From the NCBI GenBank assembly GCA_964493305.1, contig CAZBLW010000002.1, positions 258,521-322,520 on the forward strand: a stretch of 64,000 nt of DNA, in the 5' to 3' direction. Under the pieces are notes generated by a model. The model was not told the origin of the DNA and searched no databases. It worked only from the letters and a program-made list of their open reading frames with translations. This stretch comes from an uncultured Gammaproteobacteria bacterium. GTDB taxonomy: Bacteria; Patescibacteriota; Patescibacteriia; S139-126. Positions 40,735-50,100 of the stretch are shown one piece after another (positions within the stretch are counted from its first letter, which is position 1; each line of letters starts with the position of its first letter). The translations under genes were made by a program, and so were the position numbers.

Positions 40735-40753
40735 ATTGAGCAAAAATTTAATC

Positions 40754-40830
40754 TGGTCGGGGTGAGAGGACTTGAACCTCCGACCTCGTCGTCCCGAACG
40801 ACGCGCGCTAGCCAACTGCGCTACACCCCG
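40754..40830 (-). tRNA. tRNA-Pro(CGG)
   Basis: CGGGGTGTAGCGCAGTTGGCTAGCGCGCGTCGTTCGGGACGACGAGGTCGGAGGTTCAAGTCCTCTCACCCCGACCA; 77-nt cloverleaf with encoded CCA. Confidence 0.97.
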
Positions 40831-40855
40831 TTGATTTTTAAAAATATTTTAATCC

Positions 40856-40927
40856 GCACTAGCCAGCCCCGGGCCTATGGTCCCCGGGCCTAATGGCCCG
40901 TTAGGGCCAGGCCTGCGCTACACCCCG
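40856..40927 (-). pseudogene. Duplicated 5' fragment of tRNA-Pro with a 46-nt palindromic insertion in the D-loop
   Basis: CGGGGTGTAGCGCAG[insert 40867-40912]CTGGCTAGTGC vs intact CGGGGTGTAGCGCAGTTGGCTAGCGC. Confidence 0.8.
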
Positions 40928-41052
40928 ATTAGACAATTATAAATTGTAAATTATAAATTGTAAATTATTAATTTATTTTAATTCTTAATTTATGATACTT
41001 TATTCCAATTTAGCCTTTCTTTTTTGTCAAATTTATGGTATAATATTTGTAT

Positions 41053-41574
41053 ATGAAAAAACTTTTTTGGGGAAAGAAAATAAAAGTCTTAAGTGAAAAA
41101 TATGAAGGCTTACGTTTTAGTTTATATATAGCCAGTTTTTTGCTGGTGATATTTTTATTGGTGGAAATGGTATTGTTGTTATATTGGTCAATGTTGTCAT
41201 TTTATTCTCCAGGAGAATTGGAAAAATCAGCCAATTTTCAATCAGCCCCAGTAACCATGACCAATAGTCCGCAAAGATTGAAAATAAATTATTTAACCCA
41301 AATTGAAACTTTGACCAACAATTTAAATCAAGCTGATTTGGATATCTCTAATTATCAAACAATCAAAGCTGATTTGTTAGAAATTTATGTGCCTAAAGAA
41401 TATTTAGATTGGCATTTTCGATTGGTAGTCGCAGTTGATAAGATTCTTGAGTTTATGATTTTACAATCATCTTCTCCCAGTTTGGAACACGAACAATTGG
41501 TATCCAGTCAAGCAGCTTATATTAGTCAATATTTAACTACTATCAATCATGTCACTAGCGGCACTAATGAATAG
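41053..41574 (+). CDS. Single-TM hypothetical protein
   Basis: ORF preceded by extended -10 TGGTATAAT (41036-41044); probably near-leaderless. Confidence 0.7.
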   Translation: MKKLFWGKKIKVLSEKYEGLRFSLYIASFLLVIFLLVEMVLLLYWSMLSFYSPGELEKSANFQSAPVTMTNSPQRLKINYLTQIETLTNNLNQADLDISNYQTIKADLLEIYVPKEYLDWHFRLVVAVDKILEFMILQSSSPSLEHEQLVSSQAAYISQYLTTINHVTSGTNE

Positions 41575-42337
41575 TAAAATCATTTCTCAGGTCACTATAG
41601 TTGTCTATTTATTGTGTTTGGCAGCTTTTGGTTGGTGGGCTTCAAGTTATCCGCAGTGGTTACTGCCGGTTGCCTTGGTTTTGTTTTTGGGATTGATACT
41701 GCTTATTAAATTTATTGTTGTTTTATCCTGGCGCGATGTAAATTTTTATAAACAGTTGGTTGCCCCAGGATTTTTTTTGCTGGGATCTATTTTATTTTAT
41801 GTATTTTTCAACACGCTAGTTTTGCAAAAGATATTTTGGATACTAGTCTGTTTAGCTTTGTATTTTTATTTGTATAATTTGTGGCTTTTTTATCGCAATC
41901 CCGCCAATTATCAAGCTTTTACTTTGGAAAATTTTTCTTGGTATTTACACTTGGCTGGCGGTTGGTTTATGGTCAGTTCTATTTATGGATTGATTATATT
42001 TATTGATTTCAAATTATATTATGCCTTACCTCTGCTTTTAGGCTATGTTAGTTTGGTTTTTTGGCAGATGTGGTGGATTCAGAAGTTAGAGCACCGATTT
42101 AAATGGTGGTGGTATGTTACTTTATTGATGGTTTGTTTTCAAGCATTTGTTACTTTGTTGCTACTGCCTTTGAGTTTTTATTTATTGGGTTTTTGGTGGA
42201 TAGTAATTTGGTATCTAGCTACTACTTTTATCTTTCAGAACATCAAGGAAACTTTTATTTGGAAAAAATATCTATCTACCGCTGGGATTATTTTACTGGT
42301 GGCGATTGGACTTACCTTTAGTGCAAAAATATTTTGA
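41549..42337 (+). CDS. Polytopic membrane protein (about 8 TM)
   Basis: Continuous hydrophobic helices over 262 aa. Confidence 0.8.
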   Translation: MSLAALMNSKIISQVTIVVYLLCLAAFGWWASSYPQWLLPVALVLFLGLILLIKFIVVLSWRDVNFYKQLVAPGFFLLGSILFYVFFNTLVLQKIFWILVCLALYFYLYNLWLFYRNPANYQAFTLENFSWYLHLAGGWFMVSSIYGLIIFIDFKLYYALPLLLGYVSLVFWQMWWIQKLEHRFKWWWYVTLLMVCFQAFVTLLLLPLSFYLLGFWWIVIWYLATTFIFQNIKETFIWKKYLSTAGIILLVAIGLTFSAKIF

Positions 42338-42353
42338 TTATTAATTTTTATAT

Positions 42354-43649
42354 ATGGCCAAAAATAAAACTACCAACGAAACTGAAACAATCGGTCAAAC
42401 CACGACCGAAGGTATTGAAGATTTTTATGAAAAAGAACCCACTGTATTTAAGCGTCCTTTGTTGGAACATTTAGGATTTATTCGGGTTTATTATTTTTTA
42501 GTTTGTTTGATCGTTGGTATAGCTGGTGGTATTTTAGGTGAATTATTTGTCAACAATTATTTTTCCTCACAGGGACTGACATTGACTGCTTTGTGGCAAC
42601 CAGCTAGTGAAATCAGCAACAATGACAAACAACAAGTAATAATCTTGCGAACCAATGAAATCAATCAACCCGAATCAACTGCCATAGGTAGTTTGGTGGA
42701 AGCGGCTGGAGCTAGTGTGGTAGGTATTTTTCCCAAAAAAGAAACCAATGAAACTATTTGGGATACAATTTATTTACCCCAAGAACAACTTGGCAATGGT
42801 TTAATTTTGACAGCCGACGGTTGGATAGTAACCTCCAATCAAGTGGTAAATACTGATAGCAAAGATTTGGTGGTGGTGATGTCAGATAAATCTATCGCTG
42901 ATGTGGAATCAATAGTAACTGATCCAGCCTCGGGCGCGGTTTTTATCAAAGCCAAAGCTCAAGGTTTAAAAGTAGTTAAATTTGGCACCAACCAAATCTG
43001 GTCTCCGGGCGAGCAATTATTGGTACTGGCTAACTCTGTTACCAATGGCGGATATAAAACAATTTTGACCAATTTAGAAAAGCTTAATTATCAATCCTTA
43101 ACCAAAGGTCAAGATCTTTTGCAAAATACCGAAAGTTATAAAAAACGTATATTATTGAAAGACAGTTTAAGCAAAGAATTTTTTGGTAGTCCAGCAGTGA
43201 ATCTCAAAGGTGAGATTATCGGTATCTTATATGGTGGCGCTGATGGCAATATTTTGTTGCCCGAAAGTTATTTTTCTCAAGCCATGAAAAGTTTATTAGC
43301 CAACGGTCAGGTGGACAGACCTTATTTGGGAGTCAATTATCTGGATTTGGCTCACGTGGTGGGACTTGATAGTGCTATTAGTGAGGGGAGACAGTTTGGG
43401 GCGGTGCTTTATGGTGAAAAAGGAACTCTACCAGCAGTAATAGCTTCTAGCCCAGCAGCCAAAGCAGGGCTTAAGGCTGGTGATATAATCATCAAAGTAA
43501 ACAACGAACCAATCGATGCCAATCACTCACTGACTGAATTAATTCAACAATACAAAGTAGGGGATGTAGTAAAATTGACTGTTGTATTTCAGGGAACAGA
43601 AAGAGAGGTTGAAGCTGCTTTGGAAACCAAGCCAGCAGTCAAAGAATAG
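42354..43649 (+). CDS. HtrA/DegP-like trypsin-fold protein with PDZ domain; catalytic residues degenerate
   Basis: GNGLILTADGWIVT, GSPAVNLKGEIIGI, RPYLGV, SPAAKAGLKAGDII. Confidence 0.88.
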   Translation: MAKNKTTNETETIGQTTTEGIEDFYEKEPTVFKRPLLEHLGFIRVYYFLVCLIVGIAGGILGELFVNNYFSSQGLTLTALWQPASEISNNDKQQVIILRTNEINQPESTAIGSLVEAAGASVVGIFPKKETNETIWDTIYLPQEQLGNGLILTADGWIVTSNQVVNTDSKDLVVVMSDKSIADVESIVTDPASGAVFIKAKAQGLKVVKFGTNQIWSPGEQLLVLANSVTNGGYKTILTNLEKLNYQSLTKGQDLLQNTESYKKRILLKDSLSKEFFGSPAVNLKGEIIGILYGGADGNILLPESYFSQAMKSLLANGQVDRPYLGVNYLDLAHVVGLDSAISEGRQFGAVLYGEKGTLPAVIASSPAAKAGLKAGDIIIKVNNEPIDANHSLTELIQQYKVGDVVKLTVVFQGTEREVEAALETKPAVKE

Positions 43650-43677
43650 AATTTAAAATCTATAGTCTTCAAAATAT

Positions 43678-43705
43678 AAAACCTCGGCATTTGCCGAGGT
43701 TTTTT
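43678..43705 (+). terminator. Intrinsic terminator
   Basis: aaaacctcggca-tt-tgccgaggtttttt. Confidence 0.85.
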
Positions 43706-43845
43706 AGGGGATAGATTTGAGTAAGAAATAGGAAAGAATAATTACCAATTATTAATAACTAATTACTAAGCAATGATTAAATTTAAAAATTATCTAATTA
43801 GTAATTCATTAGTTATTAGTAATTAGAAATTAGTAATTAAAATAT

Positions 43846-43913
43846 TTGTCATTCCGTGCTTGACACGGAATCTAAAAAATAAAAATGGATTCCTGCTTTC
43901 GCAGGAATGACAA
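43846..43913. repeat. REP doublet
   Basis: ttgtcattccgtgcttgacacggaatct ... ggattcctgctttcgcaggaatgacaa. Confidence 0.9.
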
Positions 43914-44005
43914 TGATAAAAATTTAAAAATTTAGATTTATTTACAAATTTAAAAAATTTAAAATTGATTAGTTATTAGTAATTAGTCATTAGTAATTAA
44001 AACAG

Positions 44006-44034
44006 TTGTCATTCCTGATTTAGTCAGGAATCCA
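44006..44034. repeat. Single REP arm
   Basis: ttgtcattcctgatttagtcaggaatcca. Confidence 0.85.
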
Positions 44035-44050
44035 GAAACAAAAATAAAAA

Positions 44051-44250
44051 TTTTATCTCTACTTTTTTGTTAACCTGCCTCGTCGGCAAGGCGGGCAAAA
44101 AAGTAACAAAAAATTGCGGCCAGTGCTTTGGTTCAGGCAAAATTGCCAATTCGCTCGTGTGTCTCTCAAAATCGCTAAACGCTTGAGTTGAGAGACTAAA
44201 TTCACTCGCTCCTTGGCAATATTTGCACTTCACAAATCAAATGGCCGAAT
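44051..44250. mobile_element. ~200-nt long-hairpin element, copy B
   Basis: Alignable end to end with 14468-14650, with compensatory stem substitutions. Confidence 0.75.
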
Positions 44251-44359
44251 AAAAATAATAAGTTTTGAATTTAAATATTTGAATTTAGATATTATTTAGT
44301 ATTTAGTGCTTCGAATTTATAATTTCTTACATCTAGATTCAATATTCAAACTTCTAAAT

Positions 44360-44647
44360 TCAAGATTCACTTTCTTTTTCCACCAGCTCTTGGGAGGGGG
44401 AATATTTACGATTACGAATTTTCCACAAGTCAGAATACTGTCCCAGACCCTGTGTATAAAATTGGTTTTTACGACGGGTGCTTTTTTGCGACCATTCGAG
44501 AACTGAGGAAAAGTTTAATTTATATCTTCCTCTTACCACAATATATTTTATCTCTTGGTTTTTAATTGCCTGGCGGATGGTCTTACCGCTTACCCCAAAG
44601 AGGTGAGAAGCTTGGGTAATTGAAATACGAATAATTTTTTCTGTCAT
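44360..44647 (-). CDS. Excisionase-like helix-turn-helix DNA-binding protein
   Basis: ISITQASHLFGVSGKTIRQAIK (HTH_17/MerR-like). Confidence 0.8.
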   Translation of the reverse strand: MTEKIIRISITQASHLFGVSGKTIRQAIKNQEIKYIVVRGRYKLNFSSVLEWSQKSTRRKNQFYTQGLGQYSDLWKIRNRKYSPSQELVEKESES

Positions 44648-44653
44648 ATAAGT

Positions 44654-44702
44654 TATAGAATATTCTATACTTTATTGTATATTTTATACTTATTTTAGTC
44701 AA
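44654..44702 (-). promoter_or_regulatory. sigma70 promoter with a palindromic operator candidate
   Basis: TTGACT-17-TACAAT; perfect 16-bp palindrome tatagaatattctata at 44654-44669. Confidence 0.6.
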
Positions 44703-44997
44703 GATTTGTTACTTTTTTTTATAAAATTCGTATTTATGGTTAGGAGCGTTTAATATTTAAATCCCGTATTCTAAACATTATTTAATTTAATAATTAAATA
44801 ATTACTAATTCATTAGTAATTAATCATTAGTAATTAGTTATTATTCAGGGGCTATTTACATTTCCCAAACTATTAGCTAGTATAAGTTTATGCTAAATTT
44901 AGACTAATTTTCCCGAAAATTTATATAGTTTGTAGGGTTAATTAGTTTTTTTTATGGTTAATTTTATTTATTACTTGTAAATATTAAGCTTATTTAG

Positions 44998-45023
44998 TGT
45001 AATATATATTCCTTTTCTTCGTC
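44998..45023 (+). promoter_or_regulatory. ECF-type promoter candidate
   Basis: TGTAAT-16-CGTC ending 7 nt before the ECF sigma ATG. Confidence 0.55.
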
Positions 45024-45030
45024 TTATTAT

Positions 45031-45594
45031 ATGAACGCATTTAAAAAAATAAGAGAATCACTACTGCTGGAGCGGTTAAAAAACGGCGATCAAGACGCTT
45101 TTTCTCAAGTGTATGACCAGTATGTAGATCATATTTATCGTTATATTTTTTTCAAGGTTTCTGACCAGCATTTAGCCGAAGATCTGACCAGTAATACTTT
45201 TTTGAAATGTTGGGAGTATATCAGAGATGAGCAAAAAATGATTGATAATATCCGGGCATTTTTGTATCGAGTCGCTCGCAATTTAGTGATTGACCACTAT
45301 CGTACTAGGACGGATACTACTGATTTGACAACCGTAGCGGGACTGGATGATCAACAATTGCCCTTGCCGGATGAACTGATATCAATTAGTCAGGATAGCA
45401 AAATATTGATTAAAGATTTGGCCAAGCTACCTGATGATTACAACGATATTATTACCTTGCGTTATATTGAAGAATATTCAGTCAAAGAAATATCTAACCT
45501 TTTGGGTAAAACCGAAAACAATGTTCGTGTAACCTTGCACCGAGCCATACAAGCTTTGAAAAATAAAACCAATCTACCAACTGATAAAAAATAA
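45031..45594 (+). CDS. ECF RNA polymerase sigma factor
   Basis: AEDLTSNTFLK, FLYRVARNLVIDHYR, EISNLLGKTENNVRVTLHRA. Confidence 0.95.
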   Translation: MNAFKKIRESLLLERLKNGDQDAFSQVYDQYVDHIYRYIFFKVSDQHLAEDLTSNTFLKCWEYIRDEQKMIDNIRAFLYRVARNLVIDHYRTRTDTTDLTTVAGLDDQQLPLPDELISISQDSKILIKDLAKLPDDYNDIITLRYIEEYSVKEISNLLGKTENNVRVTLHRAIQALKNKTNLPTDKK

Positions 45595-46598
45595 TGGACC
45601 AATTGAAAAACAATTTAAAGAGCTTACAACAGATTAAAATGGACCAACGAGCCAAAGATTTGGGTCGGGAAGTTTTGCTTAGTAGCTTACCAAAAGAAAC
45701 TCAATCATATTCTTCTTTTCGGTATTTTGTATCTCATCCTTTAGTATTGAAACCGCTTACCTATATAGTAGCGGTAGTTTTGGTAATGTTGGCTGGTTCT
45801 TCTTATACTTTTTCAGCAACCCTGTCGGCTCTGCCTGGCAATGCTTTTTATCCGGTGAAATTGCAACTAGAAAAGTTGCAAGTTACTATGAGTGCTGATC
45901 AATTATCCAAGACCAAAAAACAGATTGAATATACTGACAGAAGATGGCAAGAATTTCAAACTGTGTCTGAGTTGGCAACTGACAATATGGATAAACCGGA
46001 ACAAGTAGCTCGTGCCGCTAGGCATTTCAATGAATCTTTGCAGGTTATAAAAAATAGTTTAAACGAGGTTAATAATCAAGAGCAAGTTGTCAGTGAGCAA
46101 GCAATCGATATTGCTAAAATGGTCAATGATAAAACCAGTCAGTATGAACAAAAGCTAGCTGGTGAGTATGTTGATTTACCCACCTCGGTTAAATCAGTGA
46201 TAGCCCAAGAAGTTGAGGAAATAAAGTTTCAGTCATTGGAGATGCTAGTAGCTAAATACGTGCAAGGTAGTGGTGGTATTTCTCAAGAGGTTTTAGAGAC
46301 TCAGTTGCAAAATAAATTAATGTCCTTGGTAGAAAAAGCTAGTGCTATGTCTGACGAGCAACAAAAGTTGGCCTTGGTACAACTAGATAAAATACAGGAA
46401 GCATTTGAAAATAAAAAATATTCTGAAGTTGTAGGTTTGATAAAAAATTACGAACAATGGTTAGCTGAGGAAAAAGCCAAAGCTGAAGCTGAAATTGAAG
46501 ATTCCAGTAGCACAGGTGAAGTTTTGGGCGAAGAAGAAGTGGTAGAGTCAGTAACTGATGTTAGTAACAATACTTCCACGGAGAAAACAATTGAGTAA
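45594..46598 (+). CDS. Probable anti-sigma factor (DUF5667-like)
   Basis: TAATG coupling to the sigma gene; single TM followed by ALPGNAFYPVKLQLEK. Confidence 0.75.
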   Translation: MDQLKNNLKSLQQIKMDQRAKDLGREVLLSSLPKETQSYSSFRYFVSHPLVLKPLTYIVAVVLVMLAGSSYTFSATLSALPGNAFYPVKLQLEKLQVTMSADQLSKTKKQIEYTDRRWQEFQTVSELATDNMDKPEQVARAARHFNESLQVIKNSLNEVNNQEQVVSEQAIDIAKMVNDKTSQYEQKLAGEYVDLPTSVKSVIAQEVEEIKFQSLEMLVAKYVQGSGGISQEVLETQLQNKLMSLVEKASAMSDEQQKLALVQLDKIQEAFENKKYSEVVGLIKNYEQWLAEEKAKAEAEIEDSSSTGEVLGEEEVVESVTDVSNNTSTEKTIE

Positions 46599-46729
46599 AA
46601 TTATAAATTATCAATTTTAAATTATAAATAAATTATAAATTTAAAATTAAAAAATTCATTAAAAATTTACAATTTATAATTTAAAATTACTTTCCCTGGT
46701 ATTCTGAAAATAGTATTTAAAAAAATGTA

Positions 46730-46795
46730 TTGTCATTCCCGCGTAGGCGGGAATCCAGAAACAAAAATAGATTCCTGCTTTCGCAGGAATGACAA
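46730..46795. repeat. REP doublet
   Basis: ttgtcattcccgcgtaggcgggaatcc (fits ATTCCC-N8-GGGAAT) ... gattcctgctttcgcaggaatgacaa. Confidence 0.9.
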
Positions 46796-46894
46796 GAATA
46801 AATGTTTAAAAATTTTAAATGTTTGAAATTTGTAGATTTAAGTCTACAGCTTTCAGACTTTTAAAGTCTGTGTCCCGCGCACGCGGGATAAAGT

Positions 46895-47152
46895 AGATCT
46901 TTGTTAGAACTTTGAATCATTTGGCCCTTCGTGTTATTTCACGTTTGGGGACTTTGGCGGAAGTGAACAAGCAGACGATTCCAGGTCAGCCTAGAAATAG
47001 GCTAGACAGGCTGCTTGTTCTAGACGGGTAGCCAGCGGAAAAATTTGTTTAGTTCGCTTGCACACCGCTTTTTGTCAAAGGTCGGACCGGCGTTATTGGT
47101 AACCAAGACCAGCCAGTTGGTTCTTTCGTTGCAATGAGTTCTAGCAAGACCT
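46895..47152 (+). ncRNA. Structured 5' leader RNA of the S-layer-like gene
   Basis: 11-bp closing stem 46901-46911/47137-47147; gaacaagcag/ctgcttgttc; agccta-GAAA-taggct. Confidence 0.6.
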
Positions 47153-47177
47153 AATTATTAAAAAACACAAACACTGT

Positions 47178-50100
47178 ATGAAAAAGTTTTTGATCGGCAG
47201 TTTGACAGTCATGACCGTAGTTTGGGCCATGGGTTTGTCTGCTTTTGTAGCAACCCCAGCCTCAGCTGCAGTTGGTGATCTTGTTAAATCTGCTTCATCT
47301 AGCACAGTCTATGTAGTAAAGGCAGACGGTGTCACTATTTGTCAGTTCCCACATGCCAATGTTTACAAGTCATGGGGATACCCATCAAATTTCAGCACCG
47401 TTATGACTAAGGACCTCTCCAGCTACACTGTAGGATCTAACATCGAATTTAGAGATGCTTCCTTAGTGAAGGGAGATGGTCCAGCTGTATACCTCGTATA
47501 CAACAACATGAAGAGACCTATCATTTCTGATGTGGTCTTCTTGGGTTTAGGTTATGACTGGGATGATATTACCTGGTTATCCGATGCATTTTTAGCTGAT
47601 TACACCACTGGCGCTGTAGTTGATTCTTCAACTATGCACCCAGACGGTCAAATTGTTAAATATGCTGGTAGCCCAGCAGTTTATCTCATTGATAACGGTA
47701 TGAAGCGCCCGTTCGCTTCAGGTGCGGCTTTTGAAGCCAATCGTTATTCTTGGGGTGATATTATCACTATCCCTGATACCGAAACCTATCCAAATGGCTC
47801 AGCCATTTCTGGATATGAACAAGCTTTATCCTTACCAAATTGTATTGGTACATCAGCTGTTCCAGCTGGTAGTGGTTTGACCGTAGCTTTGTCTCCTTCA
47901 ACCCCAATGGCTGGCAGTATTATTACTGATTCTTCCAATGGTGGTCAGGCTTTAGCTGCTTTCACCACTGTTAACTTCACTGCCTCTTCAGACGGTGATG
48001 TTAAAGTAACCAATTTGAAATTCAAGAGAACAGGTGTATCATCTGATACTTCACTTGATAACATGTATCTCTATGATGGTAATACCAAACTAACTGATGG
48101 TGGTTCACTATCCAGTGGTATGGTTACCTTCAACAATGCTAATGGTTTATTCACAGTTCCAGCCGGCACTACCAAGTCCATTACTGTCAAAGGTGATGTG
48201 TCTACCACTGCTACCGCTGGTCAAACTATTGGTTTTGAATTATCCGGTTCTGCTTGGGTCACCACCAACGGTGCATCCGTCATGGGTAGTTTCCCAGCCA
48301 CTGGTAATTTAATGACCGTAGCTTCTGTGTCAGATTTGGCCAAAGTTGGTGTCGCTACAACTTCTGTAGCAACAACTGTTGATCCTGACTCCACTGATGT
48401 AGTGGTCTGGCAGGGTACAGTTTATACCACCAACCAAACTGTGGCTTTGCACTATGTCAAGTTTACTTCTTTGGGCAGTATTCAATATGATGACTTGAAA
48501 AACTTCAAGTTATATGATGGTGGCACTTTGGTTTCCTCAGTTGCCAGCATGACTTCTGACCGACAAGTAATGTTTGATTTAGGTAGCAGCCCAGTAAATT
48601 TCACAGTTGGTCAATCCAAGACTTTCAAAGTTATGGCTGATGTAGTCAAGGGTTCTACCCGCACTTATAATTTCACTATCCAAGAAGCTACTGATGTAGT
48701 TGCCAAGGATACCAATTATAATGTGTATGTTACTTCCAAAGTAACTAGCTCTTATGCCAATTGGGTAGTCTTGAAGATGAATTCTGATACTACTATCAAT
48801 TCCGGTGATTTAACTATTACCAAAGCCAATACCTCACCAACTGGCAATGTGGCTCAAAATGGTACCAATGTAAAAGTTGCTACCTTTGAACTAAAAGCTA
48901 CTGGTGAAGATATGAAGGTAAAAGATTTGAACGTCAAGGCTGATTTCTCTTCAGGTTATGAAGGTGGTCTTGACAATGGTAAAGTATTCTTCAATGGCGT
49001 CCAAGTTGGTTCTACCAAGGACTTAACTGAAGCTGGTACCATCAACTTTACCTTTGGTTCAAGTTTGATCGTTACAGCCGGTACTACTGGTGTATTAGAT
49101 ATCTATGCTGACATTCGTTCAGCTACAGGTACCACAATCACCGATGGTTCTGACGTTACTGTTTCTTTGGAGGCAGGTAGTTCCAATGTCCAAAAGATGT
49201 CATCTCTTGGCTATACTAGTGCTCCAAGTGCTTCAGTTCCAGCTAATAGCTTAAATGTAACTGCTGGATCATTAAGTATTTCTGAATATTCGGCTTATAC
49301 TAACCAAACTATGGTTGCTGGTAGCAATAACGTCAAAGTTGGTAGTGCTGTCTTTACAGCTGGTTCAGCTGAAGGCGTCAACGTGACTTCTATCACTGTT
49401 GATTTGTCAGCTGCTGAAGCTGGTAGTTCCACCAACATGTATTTGATGAAGGATGGTGTACAAATTGGTGTTACCAAGCCAACCTTGTCAACTTCCAACA
49501 TTTTCTCAGTCAATTTCAGCATTCCAGCTTCTGGCAGTCAGATTATTGATCTATATGCTAGTTTGAAGAGTAATGCTGGTATGGGAACATGGGAAGCCAC
49601 CATGTCAGCTGAAGGTGTCGGTTTAGTTACCAACAATACCGTAACTGCCTCATCTCAAGCTCTACAAGATATCACTATTGGTACTGGTTCATTAACTGCT
49701 ACAGCTGATGCTTCCAAACCAGATGCTGATATTATCTTAGCTGGCACAACTAAAGTCTTCATGAATGCTGTTAAGTTTACTGCTCAATATGAAGACTTCA
49801 ATGTCCAAGAATTAACCTTTATTGCTGATTCCGGCATTCAACCACATACTGGTGCTGTCACTTTAGAATATCCAGTACAAGGTGGTGGTACAGGAACTGC
49901 AATTGGTTATATGGCTTCAGGTGCAGTTACCTTCACTAATCTAAACATGTATGTAGCTAGAGACACTTCAGCCGTGTTGAAAGTTTATATTGATGTTCCA
50001 ACATTATCTTCCGGTACCATCTCAGGTGGTACAGGTGGTATTGATTGGGATGTTTCTGCCACTTATAAGCATGTTGGACTTGGTTCTGGTTTAACTGGAA

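Noticed and set aside
44360-44647. Excisionase marking an integrated element
   Set aside because: No integrase or att pair nearby; more likely a stand-alone regulator.
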